From Eledone cirrhosa (Eukaryota), in assembly GCA_964016885.1 (NCBI GenBank), contig OZ024745.1:39742001-39806000 (forward strand): a DNA stretch of 64,000 bases, given 5' to 3'. Within the stretch, counting starts at the first letter, position 1; every line of letters starts with the position of its first letter. Of this stretch, positions 1 to 14,440 are shown piece by piece. The notes under the pieces were generated by a model. That model had not been told where the DNA came from. It saw only the letters and a list, made by a program, of their open reading frames with translations, and searched no databases. The translations under genes were made by a program, and so were the position numbers.

Positions 1-59
1 TGTGATCAGAATGACTTGTATTTTAATTTCACTGTCCCAACTTCTTATATTATGGAAAA

Positions 60-700
<641 letters not shown>

Positions 701-1011
701 GTGTAAGTGCACTAAATCCCTTTCTATCACGCTCCACTCTCCTACCCACCACAGGAAGATATGTGTATGTATATTGCTTCCACCCCCTCACTGACCAGCA
801 GCTGGCCAGTTGGTGATTGCTAAATCTGACCTTTATAAAATAACCCACACCCCAAATAACTTCTCATTCACTACCAGAAGGGACACAGCAGTCAACCTGT
901 TGTTGCTACCTAGATGAAAACTGCTATGAAATCCCACAATGAATTTTATACTTGAATTTTCAAATCTCAAATTTTAACTCTTCGTATTATTAATTTTTCT
1001 TAATATTAATC

Positions 1012-1058
1012 AACATTTGAAAAGATGGCTTTTGCAGACCCATCGAAACCGGTCATTT
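1012..1058 (+). ncRNA. Minimal hammerhead ribozyme motif (U3/A8 core variant), Penelope pLTR remnant
   Basis: TTGAAAA core (1017-1023), stem II GATGG/CCATC, GAAA, palindromic CCGG, TC cleavage site; stem I weak. Confidence 0.55.
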
Positions 1059-1200
1059 TTTATACCCTTTATTATTTCCTTACCTTATAAAATTATGTTT
1101 TTTCACAAAAAAGTATTCTGTCTCTTATATATTCCATGTGCCATTACCAACCTCAATTTTCTCTATAACCTTCGTTTTGTGTAGAAAATTACACTTTTCA

Positions 1201-1244
<44 letters not shown>

Positions 1245-1245
1245 T

Positions 1246-1302
1246 GTAGCCGTTGAATTAGCCGTCGAAACGGCTTGAGCTCAGCCGTCGGGGTCTTACT
1301 TA

Positions 1303-1303
<1 letters not shown>
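1246..1303 (+). mobile_element. Short 3' fragment of the Penelope pLTR family seen at 53.5-56.9 kb (3' half of its hammerhead) inside (TA)n
   Basis: gaattagccgtcgaaacggcttgagctcagccgtcggggtcttactt is identical to 56774-56820; flanked by (TA)n. Confidence 0.85.
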
Positions 1304-1373
<70 letters not shown>

Positions 1374-2552
1374 GTATGTGTGTGTGTATGTATGTATATA
1401 TATATATATATATATACATATATTGTGTTGATTGACATGTTTGTTTAAATGTCTAAGGATACTTATGTTGAAATTCATTTTAAAGTTCCTTGAGCTTTGA
1501 TCGAAGCATTAAGAAAGCTGTGTGTCAAGTCCATTTAGGGTGATGCGGTATTTTAGACTGATGCAGCAAGGCTAGTCAAAAGAATGTCAGCAGGAAAGCT
1601 TTCCAAAGGATCACCCCTGAAAACGACTACGCAGTATCTCTCACCAAACACAAGGATGCGATCACACAGTCAAGAAGAGCACGTTCCTTTATGGGTAGAA
1701 TATACCTTTATGGGTAGAATATATCTTCTAATACTGCCCCATTTCAGTGACATAACAAACAATGCTATCTATCAATCTATTCGTAAGGAATGTTTGAACA
1801 GTCAACATGCACACTCGTGTCCTTCCCTGCGATGACCTTTCATCAATATCCGACCCGTATTCACTAATGATATATGGACACTCCCTACATGTCCCATCAA
1901 AAATACGGAAATGTCCAGCAGATCTGATATTGAGTGTGTGTGTGTGTATATGTGTGCGTGTGTGTGTGTGCAGTGTGCGAGTGCAATGTGTGTATGTATG
2001 TATTCACACTCAAAATGCCTATATTGTAGTATAATAATATTTGCAGTTGAAATAGCAAGCTGAAATTGAATTTTTAAAGATTATTGTGCTACAATAGTTA
2101 CTAAGTTGTGAAATTGGAAACTATGCTAAACTGTTATATGTAAAGCTCTTTCTGTGCTGTTTTAACCAACTATTTTGTAAAGTAACATTTACATGTTTCT
2201 AAATCAGGGTTAATTTGATCTGATTCACACAGCTGTGTCAATATTTGTGTTTTACTTAAATTTTCTTAAACATTAATTGACAATAACATTTTAATTGCAG
2301 CCGTAAACCTTTCTAAGAATTGGAGAAAAAAATAAATCTATCATGTGTTCATGTCTAATTTTCTAAATTATTAGTTTGATAGAAGGTCAGTGCACACAAT
2401 TTCATGGTTTCTACGTCTTGTGGGAGGAATTGAAGCTTCTATCGGCAGACTGGTGCTCTACTCAAACCGACTATTTCACTAACTGATTTCAAATGCCAGC
2501 TGCTAGTATTAAGCCTAAGGTGCGACCATAAAATTAGTTGGGTTAGATACAA

Positions 2553-2651
2553 TAGAAAATCCACAAGAAACTATAACTAGGAAATCTACAACGAGCAATA
2601 ACTAGCAAATCCACAACTAACCATAACTAGAAAATCCACAACTAACTATAA
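2553..2651. repeat. Minisatellite, ~25 bp unit x4
   Basis: Degenerate repeats of ctagaaaatccacaactaaccataa. Confidence 0.75.
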
Positions 2652-2812
2652 ATATATTAAGAGAAATAAAAGAAAGAAAATAACGTGACCATCACATCAT
2701 ATACATGCCCACGAACTATATTAGTACTTAAGTTAATTATACCTAAACATTAGGGTATTCAGTTAGCCCTGGGATTTTATGAGGTGAATTTCGCAAATTG
2801 TTAACATATAAA

Positions 2813-2816
2813 TCTT

Positions 2817-2913
<97 letters not shown>

Positions 2914-2968
2914 CTTCTTATTCTTCTTATTCTTCTTCTTCTTCTTCTTCTTCTTATTATTATTATTA
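2813..2968. repeat. Compound (TTC)n/(TTA)n microsatellite
   Basis: Direct reading. Confidence 0.95.
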
Positions 2969-4966
2969 CTCTTTGAGTCTCAGTCATTGATGTTGGTTAA
3001 CTGGAAAGTCCGTTGGATTGAATATCAAGCCACTACCTGCAGCCTCAGATATTCAGGACGTATCGGAGGGTTTTTGCTGTTCCCAGCAAGCATGCCTTTT
3101 GAAGTGTTCCAAAAAGGGTGAAGGGGACAATTTTCTTTAACCATCCCTGGAAACTTTTTGAGATAGTCCCTAATGCGCCTATGACAATCGGGATCACTTT
3201 GACTTCATGGCAGTTCCAAATCCTTTTTACCTCCCATTTTAAGTCCTGGTATCGGTTAATTTTCTCCCTCTCCTTCTCTTGCACTCTCGTGTCGAATGGG
3301 CAGGCCACATCCACAATCAGGCACGATCTTTTTCCCTTATCCAAAACCACCAGGTCAGGTCTATTGTGTTCCAGTTTCTTGTCCGTCTGTATCCTAAAAT
3401 CCCACAGCACCTTCACCTGATCGTTTTCTATCACCGACTCTGGCTTATGCTCATACCACTTCTCATAATGTGGTAAATTGTTTACTTTGCATAGGTGCCA
3501 GTGGATCACACTGCCCATCACATTATGTTTCCAGCCCTTATAGTGAGTCTGGGCTAGGTGTTTACACTCGGATACAATGTGAGCCGCAGTCTTCTCTCTC
3601 TCTCCACAGATCCTGCACAGTGGGCTAGCCTTCTCCTTGTAAATATGGTGTTTCAACCACTTCGTTTTGAGGGCCTGCTCCTGCACAGCCATTAACATTC
3701 CTTCTGTAGCCTTTTTAAGGTCTCCTCTTTTCAACCAGTTCCATGTCTGTGGATCTCTAAATTCAGTTTTCTCAAAGAAGGTACTATGAAGGGATTTTTC
3801 CTGAAGGCTGCTGTTTCTCCTTGATGTTATTTCCTCCTTGGACATCCCCTGGCCTATTGTCCCCTCCTTCAGTACAGTTCTGAGCATTGGCTCCTTACTA
3901 TCAGTCACGTATTTGTGTAGGTTGTTTTTCTCATCTGAACACAGTCCTCTATGCTGATAAGACCTCTTCCACCTTCAGATCTCCTTAAGCAGAGTCTATC
4001 GACAACACTCCTCTTGTGAAACCAGTTGTAGATAGTCAATAGCTTCCTAGTCTTCCTATCCATTTCTTTGTATTCAGCAACATTCCATCTCAGAATTCCC
4101 GCACTGTACCTAATAATAGACACAGCTCGGGAATTTACTGCACTTATGGCATTCCTACTGTTCAGATGTGACTTTAATACGCTCCTTACTCTCCGAATGT
4201 ATTCAGTTCTTATCAATTCCTTCATTTTTTTTTGTTCTTGATGTCATCAGCCTCCAGAACACCCAAATACTTGTATCCTTCTTCAGTGTCAATTTCCTTT
4301 ATAATCTCACCTGTTGGTACCTGGATTCCGTTACTTCTGCTGAATTTACCCCTCTTCATCACAAGGGCTCCACACTTACTAATATAAAATTGCATACATA
4401 TATCATTGCTGAAAATACGGACAGTGTCAACAAGCACATCCAACTCCTTCTCACTCTTCCCGAAGAGCTTAAGATTGTCCATGAAGTGGAGGTGATTGAT
4501 GGTAACTCTCCCTTTCCCAACTTGTATCCTCATCTCACTTTTCGCAGTATAATGGTCAGGGGCATCAGGGCAAGGACAAACAACAGAGGCGACAGACTAT
4601 CTCCCTGGAAGATACCTCTCTTGATCTTTACGCTTCCCAAGGATTCTCCAGCTGATGTTAAGTCTGTTTCCCAGGACTTCATACTTTTGCCCAACAACTG
4701 TTTGATGTTATCTGCCACCTTGAAGATCTCCAGGCTTTTGGTGATCCAAGAATGAGGCACCATGTCAAATGCCTTTTTGTAGTCTATCCATCCCATGGCA
4801 AGACCAGTGTGTCTCCTCTTGCAATTCCTCATTACCATCTTATCAATAAGTAACTGGTCCTTTGTACCACGGGACTTCTTCCGGCATCCTTTCTGTTCGT
4901 CCGGTAACAAGTTGTTTATGTGGAGGTGATGGTAGATTTCCTCAGACATAATGCTTGTCAACAGTT
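2969..4966 (-). mobile_element. 5'-truncated, frameshifted R4/Dong-clade non-LTR retrotransposon (family A)
   Basis: ORF pieces 4530-4961, 4222-4533, 3905-4225 and 3045-3908 carry RT motifs ([25 protein letters not shown]), a CCHC knuckle (CRIC..H..EC) and a PD..D RLE (RPDLVV..DVACP); ends in (TAA)n. Confidence 0.92.
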
Positions 4967-4981
4967 CTTCTTCTTCTTCTT

Positions 4982-5075
<94 letters not shown>

Positions 5076-5076
<1 letters not shown>

Positions 5077-5445
5077 TCTTTGAGTCTCAGTCTTTGATGT
5101 TAGTTAACTGGAAAGTTATTTGAAATGAATATCAAGCCACTACCTGCAGCCTCAGATATTCAGGACATATCGGAGGGTTCTTGCTGTTCCCAGCAAGCGT
5201 GCCTTTTGAAGCGTTCTAAAAAGCGTGAAGGGGACAATTTTCTTTAACCATCCCTGGAAACTTTTTGAGATAGTCCCTAATGCGCCTATGACAATCGGGA
5301 TCACTTTGACTTCATGGCAGCTCCAAATCCTTTTTACCTCCCACTTTAAATCCTGGTATCGGTTAATGTTCTCCCTCTCCTTCTCTTGCACTCTCGTGTC
5401 GAATGGGCAGGCCACATCCACAATCAGGCACGATCTTTTTTCTTT
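5076..5445 (-). mobile_element. 3' fragment of Dong-like family A
   Basis: RLE C-terminus ...LRYVLNI plus the same 3' UTR; flanked by (TAA)n/(GAA)n. Confidence 0.92.
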
Positions 5446-5448
5446 TTT

Positions 5449-5513
<65 letters not shown>

Positions 5514-5535
5514 CATTATTATTATTATTATTATA

Positions 5536-5575
<40 letters not shown>

Positions 5576-5581
5576 AATAAA

Positions 5582-5649
5582 GGGGTCGATAAAATAAAGT
5601 ACCAGTAATGCACTGGTTAATTGCTGGCCTTGTGCCTAAAGTAGAAACA

Positions 5650-5651
<2 letters not shown>
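5582..5651 (+). mobile_element. 3' fragment of tRNA-derived SINE
   Basis: ggggtcgataaaataaagtaccagtaatgcactgg...gtagaaacaatta matches the full copies at 25.2 and 35.5 kb. Confidence 0.85.
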
Positions 5652-5685
<34 letters not shown>

Positions 5686-5692
5686 GTTATTA

Positions 5693-5877
5693 CTCCTTGA
5701 GTCTCAGTCATTGATGTTAGTTAACTGGAAAGTTTGTTGGAATGAATATCAAGCTACTACCTGAAGCGTCAGATATTCAGGACGTATCGGAGGGTTCTTG
5801 CTGTTCCCAGCAAGCATGCCTTTTGAAGCGTTCCAAAAAGCGTGAAGGGGCCGATTTTCTGTAACCATCCCTGGAAA
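5693..5877 (-). mobile_element. Very short 3' fragment of Dong-like family A
   Basis: Same ORF end and 3' UTR; (TAA)n on both sides. Confidence 0.9.
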
Positions 5878-5989
5878 TTATTATTATTATTATTATTATT
5901 ATTGTTATTGTTATTCCTTGAATCTCACTCATTGATGTTGGTTAACTGGAAAGTCCGTTGGATTGAATATCAAGCCACTACCTGCAGCC

Positions 5990-8900
5990 TCAGATATTCA
6001 GGACGTATCGGAGGGTTCTTGCCGTTCCAAGCAAGCATGCCTTTTGAAGCGTTCCAAAAAGCGTGAAGGGGCCGATTTTCTTTAACCATCCCTGGAAACC
6101 TTTGGAGATAGTCCCCAGTGCGCCTATGACAATCGGGATCACTTTGACTTCATGGCAGTTCCAAATCCTTTTCACCTCCCACTTTAGGTCCTGGTATCGG
6201 TTAATTTTCTCCCTCTCCTTCTCTTGCACTCTCGTGTCGAACGGGCAGGCCACATCCACAATCAGGCACGATCTTTTTTCTTTGTCCACAACCACCAGGT
6301 CAGGTCTATTGTGTTCCAGTTTTTTGTCCGTCTGTATCCTAAAATCCCACAGCACCTTCACCTGACTGTTCTCCATCACCGCCTCTGGCCTATGCTCATA
6401 CCATTTCTCAGAATGTGGTAGATTGTTTACTTTGCACAGGTGCCAGTGGATCACCCTGCCCATCACATCGTGTCTCCAGCCCTTATAGTGGGTCTGGGCT
6501 AGGTGTTTACACTCGGACACAATGTGAGCCACAGTCTCCTCTCTCTCTCCACAGATCCTGCACAGTGGGCTAGCCTCCTCCTTGTAGATATGGTGCTTCA
6601 ACCACTTCGTTTTGAGGGCCTGCTCCTGCGCAGCCATTAGCATTCCTTCTGTAGCCTTTTTGAGGTCTCCTCTTCTCAACCAGTTCCATGTCTGTGGATC
6701 TCTAAATTCAGTTTTCTCAAAGAAGGTACTATGAAGGGATTTTCCCTTAAGGCTGCTCTTCCTCCTTGATGTTATTTCCTCCTTGGGTATCCCCTGGCCT
6801 ACTGTCCCCTCCTTCAGTACAGCTCTGAGCATTGGCTCCTTACTATAGGTCACGTATTTGTATAGGTTGTTTTTCTCCATCTGAACACAGTCCTCTATGC
6901 TGATAAGACCTCTTCCACCCTCAGATCTCCTTAGGTAGGGTCTATCGACATCACTCCTCTTGTGGAACATGTTGTAGATAGTCAATAGCTTCCTAGTCTT
7001 CCTATCCATTTCTTTTTGTTCAGCAACATTCCATCTCAGAATTCCCGCACTGTACCTAATAATAGACACAGCTCGGGAATTTACTGCGCTTATGGCATGT
7101 CTGCTGTTCAGATGTGACTTCAATACGCTCCTTACTCTCCGAATGTATTCAGTTCTTAACAATTCCTTCATTTTTTTGTTCTTTATGCCATCAGCCTCCA
7201 GAACGCCCAAATACTTGTATCCTTCCTCAGAGTCAATTTCCTTTATCATCTCACCTGTTGGTATCTGGATCCCGTTACTTCTGCTCAACCTACCCCTCCT
7301 CATCACAATGACTCCACATTTACCAATACCAAACTGCATACATATATCACTGCTGAAAATACGGACAGTGTCAACAAGCACATCCAACTCCTTCTCACTT
7401 TTCCCGAAGAGCTTAAGATCGTCCATGAAGAGGAGGTGATTGATGGTAAGCTCTCCCCTTCCCAACTTGTATCCTGCTCTCACTTTTCGCAGCATAATGG
7501 TCAAGGGCATCAGGGCAAGGACAAACAACAGAGGGGACAGGCTATCTCCCTGGAAGATACCTCTCTTGATCTTCACGCTTCCCAAGGATACTCCAGTTGA
7601 TGTCAACTCTGTCTCCCAGGACCCCATACTCCTGCCCAGCAACTGTCTGATGTTATCTGCCACCCTGAAGATCTCCAGGCTTTAGGTGATCCAGGAATGA
7701 GGCACCATGTCAAATGCCTTTCTGTAGTCTATCCATCCCATGGCAAGATCAGTGTGTCTCCTCCTGCAATTCCCCATTACCATCTTATCAATAAGCAACT
7801 GGTCCTTTGTACCACGTGACTTCTTTCGGCATCCTTTCTGTTCGTCCGGCAACAAGTTGTTTGTGTGGAGGTGATGGCAGATTTCCTCAGACACAATGCT
7901 CGTCAACAGTTTCCACATTACGGGCAGACATGTGATAGGTCTATAGTTGGTAACATCATTACCCTTGATTCGGTCTTTCATTATCAGAACTGTGGTACCT
8001 TTTGTCAACCACTCTGGCACCTCACCCGACACCAAGCGGTCATTGAACATGGCCGTCAGCTTCGGGTGGAGGGATGTTAAATGTTTAATCCAATACCCCT
8101 GCACACCATCTGGGCCTGGTGATTTCCAGTTGGTTAGTTTTTTGGCTTGCCCCTTAAGAGTTTCAACTGTGATACTCAAATCAGTCTGTTGCTGTGCCTG
8201 CTCACCGATCTCCCTCTGTACTGTCTCAATCCACCCTGCCTGGGCATTGTGTCTAACATCCCGCTCCCATATTCCTCTCCAGAATGTTTTAGCTTGTTCC
8301 ACCCCAGGGATCAAGTCGTTGCCTCTTTCTTTCCCCTCAAGCTGTCCAAACAGCATCTTCTGGTTGTTGTCGAACATGCGGTTCTGTTTATACTGACTGA
8401 CTCTGTTCTCGTATCGCCTGATTTTGGCACTCTTTGCTACAATGCGTTGCTTCAATTCCTCTATGATACTATTTAGCTTTTTACTCCTAGTTTTGTATTT
8501 TATTTCCAGTCTATTTTTAGTGCCTATGTTTTTTAGTGTCCCATTCAGTAGTGACTCAAGCTTTCCTATGTCATTTCTCATTTCCCCGATTTGCCCACTC
8601 AGTCGCTTCTTCCACCACGGCTCTGCTCTTTCTTGTCTGTTGTTTCCTCTCGCTTTTATACCAAGTAGTTTCCTCACCGTATTTGCTGTTGCTTTGAGGA
8701 TATTGTTGCACTGGTGAAGACTCCTCGCCTCAAGGTATGGGATGACTTTGTTTACCTTAGCTGTTGTTTCTTTTAACTTTTTCCTGTCTACAAATCTTAG
8801 GTTCATAGGTCTCCCACTATCATTGTTCAACTCATCTACCACTAAATTTAGGATGTCAACCGAATCTTGTCCTAGCCCGTCAGCATTCATCTCCTCAGTG

Positions 8901-9382
8901 GCCGTATCTCTGTTCCAGGTATTATTTATCTCAGTATTCAGATCATTGTCTGCTTCGGGTGGTTCCTCCGTTCTCAGGACCTCCTCACCTTCATTTCCCG
9001 CCGGCTCGCTTGTCTGGCATACTACACCCGCCATCTCCAAGCCATTCTCTCTGCTCAGTTCCTCCAGTTCCAGCTCGCTTATCCACCCATTAGTTCTTAT
9101 TACCCGAGCCTGCCCGGCCAATTTTTGTTCATCTAATTTAAATAAACCAATCTCGTTCCAGATGTTATGCATCCGTCTCCTGTAGCCCCTCTCCTTGGGG
9201 TTACTTTTCAGGTAGCATTGCATAACAGTTCTATTCAATTCTTTCGTCCAGTTGGTTCTGGCCCCTTTCCTTCTTCTTCTTCCTCCAACATCAGCAGTAT
9301 TTGGTTGACAGTCAGGTTCCTGCTGCTGAGCCAGGGGGCACCTGTTGGGTGAGAGTCTGTCACATGACGTTCTAGTCTCCAT
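5990..9382 (-). pseudogene. RT + CCHC + restriction-like endonuclease ORF (~1130 codons) with one in-frame stop
   Basis: ORFs 7682-9382 and 5990-7663 are in frame, separated by TAA at 7682-7684 where copy 1 has K ([10 protein letters not shown]); motifs KSPGPDG, NYRPITCL, FMDD, RPDLVV. Confidence 0.92.
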
Positions 9383-9951
9383 TTCACCGTTATTCGAACT
9401 GTTTATGTTCGATATTTAAACACTCTTATCGAGGATTGGCGAATGTATGTTTACATAGCCATCTGTGGATCCGCCATCCCACTTGGCCCTTGTGTGGCAT
9501 TATCACCACGCTGTATACGGACACACATAAACAAACAAACACACGGGCAGAAAGGGCCCCAAAAATGAATAAGCATAAGTTTCATTGTAATGTAGTATTC
9601 GAATGTCTGACTTAGTTTTTGTTTTTTAAGTTTTACTTTTTCCCCCCTCTTCTCTGTCCGTCCGCCTGCTTCTCTCTTCATTCTTATTTTCTTTACGTTT
9701 TTGGGGTTTCTTTTTTTGTTTTTGTTTTTCTCTGTTTTTCTCGTTTTTTACTGTTGTTGCTGTGCTGCTTTTGTTGTTTGTTTTTTCTTTTTTCTTTTGA
9801 GTCTATCTATATATTTTGATGCCTTCCTCTTTGTTAGTAGTAGGAATTCTATAATGTGGAAGTGGTAGCCAGCAGAGACTGGCGGCGTTGGCGATACTGA
9901 GACAGTGGTGGTGGTGATGTCGATACCGAGGCAGTGGTGGCGGTGATGCGA

Positions 9952-10597
9952 CCGTATTACTGTAGTGATGGTGCTGTAGCGGTGGCAGCAGCAGTGAAGG
10001 AGTCAGGGGGTGGTGGCGGCGGTGATGGGATAGTGGTGGTAATGATGGCCATAGTGAGCGGTGGCGGTGAAGGTGAAAATGCTGTTGTGTTTAGTGTACA
10101 CAGATGATGGGGTGGGTGGTGTATCTAGTTTCTGGTGTTGGTGAGTTTCGCTGTCCTATATAGTGTAGCCAGAGGAGAGGAGGGGAGGGGGGGTTCTTCT
10201 TCTTCCATTTATAGCCATTTTATTTTTTTTTGGATATACAGTGTACAATACAAAGTTGAATATTTGAATATTTGAGCCGTATTACTGTAGTGATGGTGCT
10301 GTAGTGGTGGCAGCAGCAGTGAAGGAGTCAAGGGGTGGTGGCGGCGGTGATGGGATAGTGGTGGTAATGATGGCCGTAGTGAGCGGTGGCGGTGAAGGTG
10401 AAAATGCTGTTGTGTTTAGTGTACACAGATGATGGGGTGGGTGGTGTATCTAGTTTCTGGTGTTGGTGAATTTAGCTGTCCTATATAGTGTAGCCAGAGG
10501 AGAGGAGGGGGGGGGGGTTCTTCTTCTTCCATTTATAGCCATTTTTTTTTGGATATACAGTGTACAATACAAAGATGAATATTTGAATATTTGAGCC
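9952..10597. repeat. ~325 bp direct tandem duplication within the Dong-A 5' leader
   Basis: ccgtattactgtagtgatgg...gaatatttgag starts at 9952 and again at 10277, near-identical. Confidence 0.92.
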
Positions 10598-10759
10598 TTA
10601 TAACAATATATTTTGGGTCCGAATTTTTTTGGGGCTCAAGCCGGGTGCTTTACGTAGCATTTGTACTAAGAGTTGTTATTTCACAAATGATTTAAATATG
10701 TTAAAAATTCAAAACTTACGGGAGCGATTTCATGACCTCCGTCACCTCGTGCGTCTTCT

Positions 10760-10775
10760 TCCCTTCTTCTTCTTC

Positions 10776-10828
<53 letters not shown>

Positions 10829-10930
10829 TTTCTTCTTCTTCTTCTTCTTCTTCTTCTTCTTCTTCTTCTTCTTCTTCTTCTTCTTCTTCTTCTTCTTCTT
10901 CTTCTTCTTCTTCTTCTTCTTCTTCTTCGT
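10760..10930. repeat. (TTA)n + (TTC)n microsatellite; the TTC part is probably the tail of the adjacent RTE
   Basis: Direct reading. Confidence 0.9.
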
Positions 10931-10934
10931 CGTC

Positions 10935-11520
10935 GTCCACTGATATCTGGCAGGTACGAGGGACAGAACACTCAAACATTCCTTAAGTGGGTCTTGTCAG
11001 ACACAACCGTCTCTAATTGATCCGACTGGATCCCTAACCGAGACTTGCTGAACTTGTGATGTTAAGCTACCATCTTGTTTGGTGTACACCCCTGGGTCTC
11101 ATGCCGTGATATGTCACCCGTAAAATCTGTCCAGCTATTCTTTCCTGAGAGAGTCTAACCACATGCCCATGAATATCGTAGGTATGATCTCACATTTTGG
11201 AGACATAGAAGCTGTCCTTGAAACAATTCTTTGATTTCTCTCCACTCATTCGAGTAAACGTTCACCAAAGACCCTTCAGAGGAATCCTTCTGTTAGTTCT
11301 CAAGATACACTGACCATAGCTACGGGGAGTAGCGATTACTGAATTGAAGATAGGAAGTTTGTCTTTTGCATCTAACCCAGTATTTCTGATAACCGAATGG
11401 TGACTCTGGCTTCCTACTGAAACAGATCCTGCAATTATTGCACTTAATTTTAGTCTCCTTCCTTCGTTGCTCGCCTACAATGCCCTGAAATAGTTAAACA
11501 AATCCACATGTTTAAGCGGA
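10935..11520 (-). mobile_element. Decayed RTE-clade LINE 3' end
   Basis: Reverse complement (gagacggttgtgtctgacaagacccac) aligns with the RTE relic at 32900-32930; ends in (GAA)n. Confidence 0.6.
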
Positions 11521-11689
11521 ACTCGCTTCATATGTAGAGTGCTTTGAGTGGGCGGCATTGAAATGAAGAGTGACTCAGTCTTCGCAGCACCAAATTTCAT
11601 TCAAGCTGTCCAGTACTCGGCATCAAACCTATCAAGTACAGGTCGGATATCCAATTCTGACGAATTCAGTAAGGGGTATACATATTAAC

Positions 11690-12552
<863 letters not shown>

Positions 12553-12670
12553 CTATATATATATATATATATATATTACAAAATAGGTAATGATAATTGT
12601 TTCCATGAATGTACTTCTGCCTCCTCTATTCGCCATCAATATCATCCTCCTCCACATCCTCCTCCTTCCC

Positions 12671-12704
<34 letters not shown>

Positions 12705-12752
12705 AACTACTACTACTACTACTAATAATAATAATAATAATATAAATATTAA

Positions 12753-12870
12753 TGATTTCTTTATTAACCACAAGGGTTTACATAAAGTAGACATTAAGGA
12801 CAGTGCAGGACTATACAGGACGGTACAAATGGGCATTTCTGCGTGTAAAAAACAAAAACAGATGATGTAA
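12753..12870 (-). mobile_element. 3'-terminal fragment of the Tx1-like element
   Basis: Near-identical to 19293-19410; AATAAA followed by (ATT)n then (AGT)n on the minus strand. Confidence 0.88.
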
Positions 12871-12877
12871 TAATATA

Positions 12878-12969
<92 letters not shown>

Positions 12970-12971
<2 letters not shown>

Positions 12972-14382
12972 TTGGTAAATGTGGAGTCATTGTGATGAGG
13001 AGGGGTAGGTTGAGCAGAAGTAACGGGATCCAGATACCAACAGGTGAGATGATAAAGGAAATTGACTCTGAGGAAGGATACAAGTATTTGGGCGTTCTGG
13101 AGGCTGATGGCATAAAGAACAAAAAAATGAAGGAATTGTTAAGAACTGAATACATTCGGAGAGTAAGGAGCGTATTGAAGTCACATCTGAACAGCAGACA
13201 TGCCATGAGCGCAGTAAATTCCCGAGCTGTGTCTATTATTAGGTACAGTGCGGGAATTCTGAGATGGAATGTTGCTGAACAAAAAGAAATGGATAGGAAG
13301 ACTAGGAAGCTATTGACTATCTACAACATGTTCCACAAGAGGAGTGATGTCGATAGACTCTACCTAAGGAGATCTGAGGGTGGAAGAGGTCTTATCAGCA
13401 TGGAGGACTGTGTTCAGATGGAGAAAAACAACCTATACAAATACGTGACCTATAGTAAGGAGCCAATGCTCAGAACTGTACTGAAGGAGGGGACAGTAGG
13501 CCAGGGGATGTCCAAGGAGGAAATAACATCAAGGAGGAAGAGCAGCCTTAAGGGAAAATCCCTTCATAGTACCTTCTTTGAGAAAACTGAATTTAGAGAT
13601 CCACAGACATGGAACTGGTTGAGAAGAGGAGACCTCAAAAAGGCTACAGAAGGAATGTTAATGGCTGCGCAGGAGCAGGCCCTCAAAACGAAGTGGTTGA
13701 AGCACCATATTTACAAGGAGGAGGCTAGCCCACTGTGCAGGATCTGTGGAGAGAGAGAGGAGACTGTGGCTCACATTGTGTCCGAGTGTAATCACCTAGC
13801 CCAGACCCACTATAAGGGCTGGAGACACGATGTGATGGGCAGGGTGATCCACTGGCACCTGTGCAAAGTAAACAATTTACCACATTCTGAGAAATGGTAT
13901 GAGCATAGGCCAGAGGCGGTGATGGGGAACAATCAGGTGAAGGTGTTGTGGGATTTTAGGATACAGACGGACAAAAAACTGGAACACAATAGACCTGACC
14001 TGGTGGTTGTGGACAATGAAAAAAGATCGTGTCTGGTTGTGGATGTGGCCTGCCCGTTCGACACGAGAGTACAAGAGAAGGAGAGGGAGAAAATTAACCG
14101 ATACCAGGACCTAAAGTGGGAGGTGAAAATGATTTGGAACTGCCATGAAGTCAAAGTGATCCCGATTGTCATAGGCGCACTGGGGACTATCTCCAAAAGT
14201 TTCCAGGGATGGTTAAAGAAAATCGGCCCCTTCACGCTTTTTGGAACGCTTCAAAAGGCATGCTTGCTTGGAACAGAAAGGACCCTCCGATACGTCCTGA
14301 ATATCTGAGGCTGCAGGTAGTGGCTTGATATTCAATCCAACGGACTTTCCAGTTAACCAACATCAATGAGTGAGATTCAAGG
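12970..14382 (+). mobile_element. 5'-truncated Dong-like family A copy with open 438-aa ORF (RT end, CCHC, RLE)
   Basis: ORF 12992-14308 nearly identical to the C-terminal part of 5990-7663; (TAA)n on both flanks. Confidence 0.93.
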
Positions 14383-14391
14383 AATAACAAC

Positions 14392-14440
<49 letters not shown>

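Larger units (their letters stand above)
5915..10760 (-). mobile_element. Apparently full-length R4/Dong-clade non-LTR retrotransposon (family A)
   Basis: ~1.4 kb 5' leader, single long RT-RLE ORF, ~75 nt 3' UTR, (TAA)n at both ends. Confidence 0.9.

Noticed and set aside
2553-2651. CRISPR-like periodic repeat
   Set aside because: Contiguous tandem units without unique spacers, in a eukaryotic context
7092-9352. Plus-strand ORFs opposite the RT ORF
   Set aside because: Antisense shadows with no recognisable motifs
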